From Candidatus Collierbacteria bacterium GW2011_GWB2_45_17 (lineage in GTDB: Bacteria; Patescibacteriota; Microgenomatia; UBA1400; MFAQ01): a stretch of DNA of 64,000 nt. Shown in pieces: positions 37,992-47,880 of the stretch (within the stretch, counting starts at the first letter, position 1; each line of letters begins with the position of its first letter). The notes beneath the pieces are model-generated. The model was not told where the DNA came from and searched no databases. It worked only from the letters and a program-made list of their open reading frames with translations. The stretch spans positions 4,350-68,349 of the forward strand of contig LCKO01000006.1 of assembly GCA_001001485.1 (NCBI GenBank), in the 5' to 3' direction. A program made the translations under genes and the position numbers.

Positions 37992-39762
37992 GGCGGAAGA
38001 GTTTTATTAATAGAATGATGGAGAACAAAGTAATTAAGTCTGAGAAAAGACGAACTTTGGTATAGCCAATTTTTGAGTAGACGGAGTGGGTGCCTTGATC
38101 AACACTAACGACGACTCTACCCAAGTCCGGATCAATTTCAGTCTTAACTTTTTTGCCGTCAATTTTGGTAACCAAACCCGGGAAAGTATATAAAGGCAAC
38201 ATCACTTTGGCTGAAGGAGAAGAGACATTCACTTCAAAGTTCATCCAGTTGGTGCCGGAGTGAAAATTAAGGACTCCGCCATAACCTTCAGAAAAAATAG
38301 GAATAGTAAAAGCCGGAGCGCCAGGTGGCTTGGGAGCTGACCTGGGTAAATAATCGAAGATGCCTCCGGTCACTTGATTTTCCCAACTGTGGCCGGATAA
38401 CTTTTCTTGAAGAGTCATTCTGACATGTCTTTCGAAGCGGAAGAAGGGCAGATTAAAGAAAATGATAAATAAAATAAGAATCGAAAATAAAATGGGTTTA
38501 AAAATCTTCGACAAATAGAGAGTCGAGAGATAGCCGGCGGCAAAGGAAAAGTAGAAAACTGTTAAAGCGACTAGTCGCCAAGGGAATTGAGAGTACTGGA
38601 GTATGCCAATTCTTTCCCAGATAGGGTTTGACCGGCTGTGAGTGAGGAAGGCATAAGCAAAACCAAAGGCAATGGTCATTAAGATCATGAGATTGATGGA
38701 GTGAGATTTACCCGCAAGGGGTATCCAGGAGAGCCACGTCGCTTCGCTCCTCGCAATGACGGATGTGGATGGAGTGAGATTCCTCGACTTCGCTCGGAAT
38801 GACATACGGAATACAGCCAATATAGCTGCGAGGATGGCACCGATCCATTGAATGTGTCCGATGGAAAAAGACATGCCGTCTTCCGGACCCCAAGTAGAGC
38901 CACCGTAACCCCAGAAGCGGGATAAAAATAACTGTTTGATATCGGCGAAATGGGCCAGATAGTTGAAGTAGCCAATGGTCATGGTGTCGACATGGACGAA
39001 TTTTTGCTCCAGAATTACCGGCAGAAAGAAAAAGGCTGAAAGACCGACACCTAGGAGACCGGCAAAAAAGAGATCTTTCATGGCGGTGAATTTATGGGTT
39101 TTCCACATCCAAAAAAGTGCCCAGATAATAGCCGTGGGAGCGAAGACCAGAGTCATAACGTTGTGAGAGGTTAGCTGGAGTGCCAGAGCGAGAGCGAGAA
39201 ATAAAAGATTTTGTTTGGGTTTGTCTTTGGTAATAAGACGATAAATATAGAGCAGGATGAAGGGGAACCAGACCATTCCCCAACCTTCATTCATGGCACC
39301 ACGCACATAAATATCGACCGAGTGATAAGGGGAGTAGACGTAGAGAATGGCGGAGAGAACCCCGCCCCATTTGCCAAAAAATTCTTTGGCTAGTAAATAC
39401 ATTCCCAGACCACTGAGGAAAAAAGCGAGGGCAAACATGACTTTGACGGGTAAGAAATAACCGGCTCCGAGAAGAACCATCAGTTCCATGGGATAGTAAG
39501 GCATGGGTGGATAAAACTGCATCAGGGGATAACCGTAGCCAAAACCCGGGTCAGGTACCCAACGGCAAGGAATTTGACCGTCTAAGACACATTTATGAAC
39601 CTCATAGAGTCGAAATACCTGAAGATCGTCGTGCATAGGGAAAAAGTTCGGTCGAAAAATATCCCACGCGGCCGGAACTATGAGAAGTAACAAAATTATT
39701 TCCAAGCGGAATCGCCAAATAAACTTTGACAAAGATATTAGCATGTGGGAAAGAAAGCGCAT
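37981..39762 (-). CDS. polytopic membrane protein, putative GT-C glycosyltransferase
   Basis: 593 aa. Two tandem module-A copies read in frame ('SFRAKSRNLTPSTSVIARSEATWLSWIPLAGKSHS'). Confidence 0.4.
   Translation of the reverse strand: MRFLSHMLISLSKFIWRFRLEIILLLLIVPAAWDIFRPNFFPMHDDLQVFRLYEVHKCVLDGQIPCRWVPDPGFGYGYPLMQFYPPMPYYPMELMVLLGAGYFLPVKVMFALAFFLSGLGMYLLAKEFFGKWGGVLSAILYVYSPYHSVDIYVRGAMNEGWGMVWFPFILLYIYRLITKDKPKQNLLFLALALALQLTSHNVMTLVFAPTAIIWALFWMWKTHKFTAMKDLFFAGLLGVGLSAFFFLPVILEQKFVHVDTMTIGYFNYLAHFADIKQLFLSRFWGYGGSTWGPEDGMSFSIGHIQWIGAILAAILAVFRMSFRAKSRNLTPSTSVIARSEATWLSWIPLAGKSHSINLMILMTIAFGFAYAFLTHSRSNPIWERIGILQYSQFPWRLVALTVFYFSFAAGYLSTLYLSKIFKPILFSILILFIIFFNLPFFRFERHVRMTLQEKLSGHSWENQVTGGIFDYLPRSAPKPPGAPAFTIPIFSEGYGGVLNFHSGTNWMNFEVNVSSPSAKVMLPLYTFPGLVTKIDGKKVKTEIDPDLGRVVVSVDQGTHSVYSKIGYTKVRLFSDLITLFSIILLIKLFRHDR
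38697..38809. repeat. extended module A copy plus a divergent A copy in tandem, both in frame
   Basis: 'ggagtgagatttacccgcaaggggtatccaggagagccacgtcgcttcgctcctcgcaatgacgg' + 'atgtggatggagtgagattcctcgacttcgctcggaatgacatacgg'. Confidence 0.85.
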
Positions 39763-39791
39763 GTGAGTTAATTATATACGGGGAAAGAGGG

Positions 39792-41312
39792 TTATTTTAA
39801 GCGGAAGAAGAGGAGGGACTCGTGAGTGCCGTCCAGTCTAGCCGACTTGGGATATTCTTTAATTAGTTCCAGTTTAGCCATTTCGGAAGCCGGCAGTTTA
39901 TTTCTAGAAGCGTTAATAATATAGAAGCGGAGATTGTCTTTGGAAGTATTTAATAATCCCGAGGGAATTTCGGTGTTGTGAGGGTCCGAGCCAACGATAG
40001 TGATATTTTTGTGACCTTCGGTATAGATTTGTAAACCATCAGGCAAGGTGCCAAAGAAACCCTCGGTAAAGACGACAACTTTGTTACCATTGGCCTCTTC
40101 ATTGAGAATATAAGTAGCGATTTCTTTTTGACCGTAACCGGCAGTCCATTCTTCGAGATAACCACTACGCATATCAAAGGACATGGGAGCGGCGGTGGGT
40201 TTCAAGAGATAGACAAAGGTGATTATCAGGGGAACGGAAATAAAGATTATTATCGAGGCTTTGATAAGGAGCCCTTTCCGACTAAAAAGCCAGTGAAGAC
40301 CGAGACCGGCTATAGGAATTAAAGGCAGGGTGGTATAAAGAATGTAACGACTAGTGTAGACTCTGGCAATAGCCGCTTGAAAAAGTAGCGGTAAAAGGGA
40401 AACTAGTATTAAAAAAAGATATGACCGCCTGGTTTGGGAATTTAAATAACCCAAGACACCGAGTAGTAGGACAGTGGGAGTCAAAAGGAGAAATAACCAG
40501 TTACCGGTTTTTTGAAGATTTTCGATAAGAGGAACAGTTGGGTGGCTGAGAACCTCTTTAACGGTGTAGACGTAGTCGCCGTTTCTGGTGCCGATCATCT
40601 GGAAACCAACCCCCAAACGGAGAACATTGTACATGGCTTGGGAAATAACTAATGCCAAAAACAAACCCCAAAGGAGTCTGGCTAAAGTAGTTAACTTTAA
40701 TTTTTTAAAGTCGAGGAAGAACAGAGCGGTGACAATAACCCACACATAATAAACAGAGGCGGGTGACTTGGTTAGAAGTCCCCCGCCGATAGCAAAGCCA
40801 AGATACATGGCATACTCAATCTGGAGTGTCTTGACAAATTTGATAGCAAAGATCAGAGACCAGATACCAAACATAGCCAGAAGACTATCCGCCAAGGCCA
40901 TGCGGTCGAAGAACATAGTGAAAGGAATGATGGCGTAGAGGAAAGAGCTAAAAAGGGCGATGTAAACTTCGGCAAAAAGAACGTAGGCCAGAACGCCAAC
41001 GCCGATGAGCGACCCAAGTCCGGCGACGACCGAAAGTAGACGGCCGGCAATAAGAGGATCGGACGTTAACTTAAGAAAGGGTATGGTGGTCCACATAAAG
41101 AGTGGTTGTTTGCCGTCCTGAAGCGGTAGGAAACGGAGGGTTGGTTCCGACCTCATGACTTGCGACCAACGAACATAAATAGCTTCGTCAACAAAGACCG
41201 GAATCTCATTTAATCGATAGAGACGAAAAAATAAAAAAAGAATCAGAGAAATAATGGATATTCCAATTAGCCAAAGTATATTATTTTTGGTCATATTTGC
41301 CTTGTATATCAT
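39792..41312 (-). CDS. ArnT/PMT-like GT-C glycosyltransferase
   Basis: 'RLNEIPVFVDEAIYVRWSQVM' DE loop after the first TM helix. 506 aa, multi-TM. Confidence 0.65.
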   Translation of the reverse strand: MIYKANMTKNNILWLIGISIISLILFLFFRLYRLNEIPVFVDEAIYVRWSQVMRSEPTLRFLPLQDGKQPLFMWTTIPFLKLTSDPLIAGRLLSVVAGLGSLIGVGVLAYVLFAEVYIALFSSFLYAIIPFTMFFDRMALADSLLAMFGIWSLIFAIKFVKTLQIEYAMYLGFAIGGGLLTKSPASVYYVWVIVTALFFLDFKKLKLTTLARLLWGLFLALVISQAMYNVLRLGVGFQMIGTRNGDYVYTVKEVLSHPTVPLIENLQKTGNWLFLLLTPTVLLLGVLGYLNSQTRRSYLFLILVSLLPLLFQAAIARVYTSRYILYTTLPLIPIAGLGLHWLFSRKGLLIKASIIIFISVPLIITFVYLLKPTAAPMSFDMRSGYLEEWTAGYGQKEIATYILNEEANGNKVVVFTEGFFGTLPDGLQIYTEGHKNITIVGSDPHNTEIPSGLLNTSKDNLRFYIINASRNKLPASEMAKLELIKEYPKSARLDGTHESLLFFRLK

Positions 41313-42039
41313 TTTTCTTGACTTGAATGATTTGCATCAACATATCGATGGACTCAAAAACAAAACCTCTCTGCTTGCTGTTGGAAGTGTCTTCGTCTTT
41401 CCAAGTGACATCGACTTCTTTGAGTTTATATCCAAATTTTTCGGCCAGAAATAGAAGCTCGACATCAAAAGCGGAAACGGTCCAACCTTTTGAAGCAACT
41501 TTTTTGGTCAAGACTGAAAGAATTGGAAAAATTCTCTTGGCGGCTGTCAGCTTCATAGCTTTGAAACCACACTGGGTATCGATGACGTCGTGAAGAAGCA
41601 TGGCTCCTCTAATAGAGCGAAAAGTCCAGGAAGCAATCTGGCGCAGTAAGGGAAAATTTTTCCGCATCTTACCTCTGGAGCCAAAGACGACATCAAAGCC
41701 TCGATCAAACCACGGTAGTAATTTTTCGATCTCTTTCAAGGGAGTGGATTGGTCCATGTCGGTGTAGAGAACTATTTCTCCTTTAGCTACTTGAATGCCG
41801 TTCCAGATACCGGCGGCTTTACCTCCGTGCTGGCCTCGGATCAGCCGGAAATTGGAATGAGTTTTAACAAAATTTTTAATAATGACATCTCCCCCATCAG
41901 TTGAACCATCGTCGTTGATGATGACCTCCCAGTCAAATCTTACCGTAGACAAGAAAGAGTTCATTTCATCGAGTACTCCCCTTTTGAGATTGGCGTGTTC
42001 GTTGTAGTTACTGAGAATTATGGAAAGTTTGGGGGTCAT
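41281..42039 (-). CDS. glycosyltransferase family 2 (polyprenyl-phosphate glycosyltransferase-like)
   Basis: 'LSIILSNYNEHANLKRGV…WEVIINDDGSTDG' GT2 signature. Confidence 0.75.
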   Translation of the reverse strand: MTPKLSIILSNYNEHANLKRGVLDEMNSFLSTVRFDWEVIINDDGSTDGGDVIIKNFVKTHSNFRLIRGQHGGKAAGIWNGIQVAKGEIVLYTDMDQSTPLKEIEKLLPWFDRGFDVVFGSRGKMRKNFPLLRQIASWTFRSIRGAMLLHDVIDTQCGFKAMKLTAAKRIFPILSVLTKKVASKGWTVSAFDVELLFLAEKFGYKLKEVDVTWKDEDTSNSKQRGFVFESIDMLMQIIQVKKNDIQGKYDQK

Positions 42040-42581
42040 TTAAAAAGGTTGGCTTGGTAGTATTTTAACTCATCGATGGACTCTAAAATGTCGCCTTTGG
42101 CTCGGTGAGGCTCCATCTTGGGATAGTCGGGGATGTTGGGGTACCAGCGGTGCAGAAGCTCCTTTATGGTGTTGGTGTCGACAATCCGATAATGGACAAA
42201 GTCGTAGAGCTTGGGCAGGTAGATTCTCAAAAATTCCCGATCAATGTAAATCGAAGAGCCGGCCAGTAAAGCCGTATGAGGAGCGCAGTACTTTCTTAAA
42301 AAATCCAATGTCTCTGCTTCTGCTTGAGCAATGGTAATCGAAGACCTCCGAATCTCCTCCAGCAGTCCGGACTGGCTGAAGTGTTCTCTGTTCCACCGAG
42401 CCATACCGGTAAGAGTCGATTCCGGCTGATGAATAACCAGGTCCGGCCCCGTGCCAAGCACTTTCAAACTTCCATCGGTAACCACAGTAGCAATTTCGAC
42501 GATGACGCCTTTATTAACATCCAAATCGGTAAATTCCAGATCGAGCCAGATCAGTGGTGAGCTGGGTAAAGTAGAACTCAT
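42036..42581 (-). CDS. orn: oligoribonuclease (DEDDh 3'-5' exonuclease)
   Basis: 'LIWLDLEFTDLD' Exo I motif, 'SSIYIDREFL' and C-terminal 'HRAKGDILESI'. Confidence 0.8.
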   Translation of the reverse strand: MSSTLPSSPLIWLDLEFTDLDVNKGVIVEIATVVTDGSLKVLGTGPDLVIHQPESTLTGMARWNREHFSQSGLLEEIRRSSITIAQAEAETLDFLRKYCAPHTALLAGSSIYIDREFLRIYLPKLYDFVHYRIVDTNTIKELLHRWYPNIPDYPKMEPHRAKGDILESIDELKYYQANLFK

Positions 42582-44065
42582 TTGGTGTGAACTAAGCGAT
42601 AAATTTTTAAATAATCAATGTTCCACTGACCCTCTACGTGAGAAGGGCCGAAGACGGCGATCTGCCAAGCGGGATGGCCTTCCGGCTGACAGCTATCCCC
42701 ATCTTCACAGATAACAAAAAGTTGGTCGACTATCCTTTCCTCACCTCTCACTAAATTGGCTTTTTTGTTCTCCAAGAAATAGCGGTAAGACTCATCGTAG
42801 TTTTGCTTAGCAATGAGACCGAAGTTAAAAGATTCGCCTTTTGACTCTTGAATAATCAGATCGACGGTGGCTGAAGTGCGCCAGAGTTGGCGATTGGGAT
42901 TTTCTTTGACTGGGCTAAAAATCAAACTGTAAGAAAATAGAAAAATTATTAAGGTCAATGAAAAAAATTTAAGAACAAGATTTTTTTCAAAAAGGAAACC
43001 GAAGACCGCGCCGAGCAATAAATAGATGGCAGGATAAATAAAGCCCAGATAGTGAACGTAGACATGTTGTTTATAAACACTCAGACCGAGAATTGCAAAA
43101 CCCAACCAAACAAAAAGTAATTTTAACGATGATTGCCACTTTGATTTAATAAAGACCAGGATCGAGAGGATAAAAACCATGATGGCGGTGAAAGGAGCCA
43201 GCAGTGTCTGACGCGCCAACACCATATCGGAGACCGTCATGAGGATTGTCGGCAAGAAACGATCCGATCGGACGGGATTGAGGTTGACCGTAGTTTGTCG
43301 GTCGGTAAAAAAGGCACGAAAGGCGTTGAAGTTTAGCCATTGATGTTTAATGTCAAAGAGGAGTAAAGGCGACATTAAAATCAAAAAACTCAAAAAACCA
43401 AATAAAGAAAAACGTAAAAAACTTTTTTTGGATTTTAGATCTTTGGATTTATTGATAGAAATCAAAGTAAAGAGCCAGAAAAGACCGAGAACCGGAATGA
43501 GGAGTAGTCCGAGATAGTGCATCTGCAAGGCAAAGGCGAAGAAAATACCGACTAAAGATAACCAGAAATATTTTTTATTTCTCCAAACTTCATAAATTCC
43601 CCAAATACAAAGCAAGGAGAAAAGGGGCATGGGGTTCGGGTTCCAAGAAGAACGAGAATAGATAATGGCGACCGGTGAAACGGCATACAAAAGAGCGGCC
43701 ACGACTCCGGCGGATTTGCTAAACCAAACTCGACCAACAAACCAGGTAAGCCAAACGGTCAGAGTTCCGATTAGAGCGACCGCTATGGCAGGGCCGATGG
43801 GACTAAGACGAGAAAGCAGCAAAGCAGGGGCCATCAGATAGTAATAGAGGGGGCCAAGGTACATGTTACCAATGCTGGTTTGGGGGCCAATGAAGACCAG
43901 ATTTCCTTTGGTAACGAGATCCCGAACGATGCGAACGTCACGCCCTTCGTCTCCCAAGAAAGTCATAAAATCACCAATACGATACAGACGAAGGAACAAG
44001 GCGAGAAGTAAAATTAAAATCAACAAGACCGACTCGAATTTGTTTTTTTTGATGAAGTCGATCAT
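42578..44065 (-). CDS. ArnT/PMT-like GT-C glycosyltransferase
   Basis: 'GDFMTFLGDEGRDVRIVRDL' DE loop. 495 aa, multi-TM. Confidence 0.65.
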   Translation of the reverse strand: MIDFIKKNKFESVLLILILLLALFLRLYRIGDFMTFLGDEGRDVRIVRDLVTKGNLVFIGPQTSIGNMYLGPLYYYLMAPALLLSRLSPIGPAIAVALIGTLTVWLTWFVGRVWFSKSAGVVAALLYAVSPVAIIYSRSSWNPNPMPLFSLLCIWGIYEVWRNKKYFWLSLVGIFFAFALQMHYLGLLLIPVLGLFWLFTLISINKSKDLKSKKSFLRFSLFGFLSFLILMSPLLLFDIKHQWLNFNAFRAFFTDRQTTVNLNPVRSDRFLPTILMTVSDMVLARQTLLAPFTAIMVFILSILVFIKSKWQSSLKLLFVWLGFAILGLSVYKQHVYVHYLGFIYPAIYLLLGAVFGFLFEKNLVLKFFSLTLIIFLFSYSLIFSPVKENPNRQLWRTSATVDLIIQESKGESFNFGLIAKQNYDESYRYFLENKKANLVRGEERIVDQLFVICEDGDSCQPEGHPAWQIAVFGPSHVEGQWNIDYLKIYRLVHTK

Positions 44066-44778
44066 TTTAACTTGTACCAGAGTCTAAATAAATCGACAAA
44101 GCTTTGGATGATAACATCCATGTTCGCGCCGGTGCCTTCTCCTTGGCGGCGAGGGAAATGATTGACGCCGATTTCGACAATTTTAAAACCGGCCTTTTGG
44201 GCTTTGATGAGAAACTCACTACTGATAAAAGCACCTCGCTCGCTTTGAAGAGGCTCAATTTTTTCCAATACTTTTTTGGAAATGAGTTTGAAGCCGCAGT
44301 CAATGTCTCTCACCGATAAGCCGAAAAGAATCTTGACGAAGATCTGCCAGGCAAAAGTATTTATTTTTCTTGAAAGCGAAACTTTTCTACTTAAGTAATA
44401 GCCGATGACCAGGTCGGCACCAGTCTCCGCCTGAGTAGCCAACAAGCGACTGATTTCCGAAAAGTCGAACTGACCATCCGAATCGATGAAAGAAATCCAG
44501 GGGTACCGACAGGCATAGAGACCACTTTTAAGGGCCGCGCCGTACCCTCGGTTGGGGTGATGGTGGATGACCGAGATGTTTTTGTCTTGATGACTAAGAT
44601 TGTCGGCAATTTCCCCGGTCTTATCTCTTGAACCGTCATTAACAATAATCAGTTCCCATTCCGAAACATTTTTTTCCAGATTTTCGACTACGTTTTTGAC
44701 CGTATTTTTGAGACTGGCTTCTTCGTTATACGCCGGCAGAAAGACAGACAATTTTTCTATTTGTCGCGACATATTCAC
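44062..44778 (-). CDS. glycosyltransferase family 2 (polyprenol-phosphate sugar synthase-like, ArnC/DPM1-like)
   Basis: 'LSVFLPAYNEEASLKNTV…ELIIVNDGSRDKT' GT2 signature. Confidence 0.75.
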   Translation of the reverse strand: MNMSRQIEKLSVFLPAYNEEASLKNTVKNVVENLEKNVSEWELIIVNDGSRDKTGEIADNLSHQDKNISVIHHHPNRGYGAALKSGLYACRYPWISFIDSDGQFDFSEISRLLATQAETGADLVIGYYLSRKVSLSRKINTFAWQIFVKILFGLSVRDIDCGFKLISKKVLEKIEPLQSERGAFISSEFLIKAQKAGFKIVEIGVNHFPRRQGEGTGANMDVIIQSFVDLFRLWYKLK

Positions 44779-44797
44779 CAGTATATACTAGAGGTAG

Positions 44798-45913
44798 ATG
44801 AAACGAACGTATTTATTCTTGTTGTCGGCCTTGTTTACGTTGGCAATATGGATTCCTTTTGGACTAAAAATGAAACTTCCCCTTTGGGGTTTGGACTTCT
44901 CCGAAGGGACTAAAATCCTTTGGCAAAATTACGACGGACCAAACTACTTGATTGTAGAAAAAACTTGGTACGACAAAGAAATGATTAAGACTTCGTTCTC
45001 GACTACTGAACCGACCGAGTATTTCCCGGCACACTTTCCTCTTTATCCGGCGGTAATTTCTGTATTTGATCCATTTCTAAAAGGTCCAAGCGCCATGCTC
45101 TTAGCCACTCTTATTGGATCCGTTCTCTGTTTCTTGATGTTTTATAAATATTTATTGGAATTTAAATTAAGTGTTGATCCGTTCTGGCTGACTTTAGTAT
45201 TTATGATTTTTCCCGCCAGATGGTTGGCTCTAAGAGGGGTGGGCTCACCCGAACCATGGTTTATTTTGTTTATTCTGGCTAGTCTTTTTTACTTTAAAAA
45301 AGAGAAATACATACTGGCAGGAATATTTGGAGCTTTAGCTCAACTAACAAAAAGCCCGGCAGTGATACTATTGGCCGCTTACGGAATATTTGCTATTGTT
45401 CAGTCAATTAAAGAGAAAAAGATTCAGTGGAAATATTGGCCTCTGCTACTTCAGGCTTTAGCTGTCGTTGGTTTATTTTTGTTTTTCAAAATCAGAACCG
45501 ATGACTTATTGGCTTATCTCCATAGTGGTGATAATATTCATCTTTTTTGGCCACCGTTTAGTGTGTTTGCTCCAAAGGGGCAAGTATGGGTGGGAAATTT
45601 CTGGCTGGAAGATATTATCTGGACCTGGTTGGTTTTCGGAATTGGAATTATGAAACTCAAAGAAAAGAAATTGGATATTGAGTATTACTTTGCCGGATTA
45701 TTTTTTCTGTCGACTCTCTTTATTGCTCATAGGGATATCAGTAGATATATTTTACCCGCGACTCCATTAGTTCTTATCGGTTGGGATAATCTGGTACACA
45801 AAAAAGAATTCAAATTAATTGCTTGCTTACTGATATTCCCGATCTTTCTGTTTACTTGGAACTTCTTGCTGAACAACACCGCCCCAATAGCCGATTGGGC
45901 ACCATATTTGTGA
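44798..45913 (+). CDS. polytopic membrane protein (GT-C/DUF2029-like)
   Basis: 371 aa, multi-TM. Only large plus-strand gene within the locus, divergent from the GT2 gene at 44062. Confidence 0.4.
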   Translation: MKRTYLFLLSALFTLAIWIPFGLKMKLPLWGLDFSEGTKILWQNYDGPNYLIVEKTWYDKEMIKTSFSTTEPTEYFPAHFPLYPAVISVFDPFLKGPSAMLLATLIGSVLCFLMFYKYLLEFKLSVDPFWLTLVFMIFPARWLALRGVGSPEPWFILFILASLFYFKKEKYILAGIFGALAQLTKSPAVILLAAYGIFAIVQSIKEKKIQWKYWPLLLQALAVVGLFLFFKIRTDDLLAYLHSGDNIHLFWPPFSVFAPKGQVWVGNFWLEDIIWTWLVFGIGIMKLKEKKLDIEYYFAGLFFLSTLFIAHRDISRYILPATPLVLIGWDNLVHKKEFKLIACLLIFPIFLFTWNFLLNNTAPIADWAPYL

Positions 45914-45926
45914 AACAAATATGGAA

Positions 45927-45996
45927 AGAACTCAAGGAATCAAGGACACAAGAACTCAAGACAGGCAAAATATTAAACAAAAGAACTCAAGGCAAT
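45927..45996. repeat. AGAACTCAAG oligo-repeat block (module B), left flank of the four-helix-bundle gene
   Basis: 'agaactcaaggaatcaaggacacaagaactcaagacagg…aagaactcaagg'. Confidence 0.8.
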
Positions 45997-46000
45997 TAAA

Positions 46001-46354
46001 GTGATAAGTACAAAGCAAAGACTGGAAGATAGATTGCCAATTTTATTACGGTCGGTCGTTCGATTGTGCAAAAAATATCAGACTGAATTAATTGCCAAAA
46101 GAATTATTCCACAGCTCGTCGCTTCAATCGGGTCGATTGGTGCAAACTATCAAGAGGCTACGGCCGCGATGAGTAAGAAGGACTTTGTTAAATGTCTTAA
46201 GATCGCACGAAAGGAAGCTCGAGAAAGTATCATTTGGTTAGAAGGAATGGACGAATTGTCTGATGGTGCAGATAAACAAATTCCAGAAATAACTCAAGAG
46301 GTAAAAGAGGTGAGTTATATTCTTACAAGTATTATCTCGAAAACTGAGTCTTAA
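46001..46354 (+). CDS. four-helix-bundle protein (TIGR02436-like)
   Basis: 'IGSIGANYQEATAAMSKKDFVKCLKIARKEARESIIWLE' core. Second copy of this family in the window. Confidence 0.8.
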   Translation: MISTKQRLEDRLPILLRSVVRLCKKYQTELIAKRIIPQLVASIGSIGANYQEATAAMSKKDFVKCLKIARKEARESIIWLEGMDELSDGADKQIPEITQEVKEVSYILTSIISKTES

Positions 46355-46366
46355 CCTTTTTCTTTA

Positions 46367-46409
46367 CTTGTCTTGAGTTCTAGATTCCTCGAGTTCTTGA
46401 GTTCTTATC
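46367..46409. repeat. module B block in inverted orientation, right flank of the four-helix-bundle gene
   Basis: 'cttgtcttgagttctagattcctcgagttcttgagttcttatc' is the reverse complement of the left-flank motif. Confidence 0.8.
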
Positions 46410-47583
46410 GCTTTTTCCAAATCACGAGGTTGTAGATGAACCAGTTGAGGGGGACGGTGATCGCGAAGACGGCGAGGACGAGGAAGAGGGTGCGGTATTG
46501 GTCACCGAATACTTGTGTACCGACGCCGATCACCAGGCTGGGCAGAACAATCCCCGAGACGACGGAGCTGAGATTGAAGGTGGTAAATTTTTTGACTAAG
46601 GTGGTACCCCAGATCAGCTTTTCGTTTTTGAAGGTCCAAAGGTTATTGAGAATAAAGTTGCTGATGATCGAAAATTCGGCGGCAAGGGCATTTGCTAATG
46701 TATTTCTAACCCCAACGACGCTGATCAAATTGCTAAGAAGCTTGGCAAAGATATCGAGGCCGACCTTGTTGATGACAAAGCCAAAAAGACCGATAGTGCC
46801 AAATTTGATAAACTTTTGGGTGGTGGAGTCGTTCCATCTGAGTAAAACAGCTGTTCTGAGAATATCTTTGGCTGTCTGCGGTTCAATCTTGGACTCACCC
46901 GTTTCTCTGAGGCCAAACTGTAAAGGGATTTCCTTAATCTTGGCACCTAATTGAATGGTCTTGTAAATAAACTCCAGTTTGTAGCCAAAACTTCTGGAAT
47001 ACAAATGATCCATGTCCATGGTGTCGACAAAGCCTTTGATACGGGTAGCCTTTAGGCCGGTGGTGGGGTCGGTAAGGCGGAAAAAGTTTTTGGTTGGAAA
47101 GAACATGAAAATCCTTGCAGCTAAGCCACCTACTTCACTAAAGAAAAGTCTCTTGAAACCCCAACCTTTGGGATTACTACCACCTTTGATCTTGCGGGAG
47201 CCCAAGACATAATCATAACCTTCATCAATAGCCTGAAGCATGATGGGGATGGTGGTGGGCGGGTGCTGAAAATCACTATCGAACTCGATGACTACATCGG
47301 CGTCGTGCTTACTCATAGCTCTTCTAAAACCCTTTACATAAGCTGCACCAATCCCCTCTTTTTTGGTTTCGATCAGAAGATCAAGATCTGGGTATTGCTT
47401 TTGTTTGTCTTGAATTATTTTCCAAGTACCATCTGGGGACTTGCCATCGACGTAGAGTAAAACACATTTCCAGTTGGAGATTTTGGGAAAGGTTTTGATA
47501 AAAAGATAATCGATCATCCTCGCAGTGTGCCCTGCTTCATTGTAAGTGGGGATGACAATGACGGCGACGGGGAGTTGCTTCAT
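46405..47583 (-). CDS. GT2 polyprenyl-phosphate glycosyltransferase fused to a C-terminal GtrA-like membrane domain
   Basis: N-terminal 'VAVIVIPTYNEAGH…' GT2 region. The C-terminal ~120 aa holds 4 TM helices of GtrA type ('FIKFGTIGLFGFVIN…'). Confidence 0.7.
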   Translation of the reverse strand: MKQLPVAVIVIPTYNEAGHTARMIDYLFIKTFPKISNWKCVLLYVDGKSPDGTWKIIQDKQKQYPDLDLLIETKKEGIGAAYVKGFRRAMSKHDADVVIEFDSDFQHPPTTIPIMLQAIDEGYDYVLGSRKIKGGSNPKGWGFKRLFFSEVGGLAARIFMFFPTKNFFRLTDPTTGLKATRIKGFVDTMDMDHLYSRSFGYKLEFIYKTIQLGAKIKEIPLQFGLRETGESKIEPQTAKDILRTAVLLRWNDSTTQKFIKFGTIGLFGFVINKVGLDIFAKLLSNLISVVGVRNTLANALAAEFSIISNFILNNLWTFKNEKLIWGTTLVKKFTTFNLSSVVSGIVLPSLVIGVGTQVFGDQYRTLFLVLAVFAITVPLNWFIYNLVIWKKR

Positions 47584-47586
47584 TGA

Positions 47587-47814
47587 TTATTTATCTTTGC
47601 AACAATCGCCACCGCAACAGTTATCGTTTTTTTCAGAAATTTCTTCACGTTTTCCGGTTTCGTCGTACCAGTAGAGTTTTTTTTCGTCCTCGCCGACAGT
47701 CTTGGTGTGGGATCCGTCACAAAAGGGTTGGTTTTTTGATAAGCCACACATACAGATATGTTTATCTCCTACCTGAACGGGAGTGTGGGCGGTTTTTTTT
47801 ATTAGTCTGGGCAT
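47587..47814 (-). CDS. CDGSH-type iron-sulfur domain protein
   Basis: 'CMCGLSKNQPFCDGSHTK' CDGSH motif. The six-frame ORF extends 12 codons further upstream into the module B block, so the start is taken at the Met of 'MPRLIKK'. Confidence 0.6.
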   Translation of the reverse strand: MPRLIKKTAHTPVQVGDKHICMCGLSKNQPFCDGSHTKTVGEDEKKLYWYDETGKREEISEKNDNCCGGDCCKDK

Positions 47815-47828
47815 GAGGATATTATATA

Positions 47829-47868
47829 GCTCAAGAACTCGAGAACTCAAGGAATCAAGAACTCAAGC
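47829..47868. repeat. module B block, intergenic between the CDGSH gene and trmD
   Basis: 'gctcaagaactcgagaactcaaggaatcaagaactcaagc'. Confidence 0.8.
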
Positions 47869-47880
47869 TATAATTGGAGT

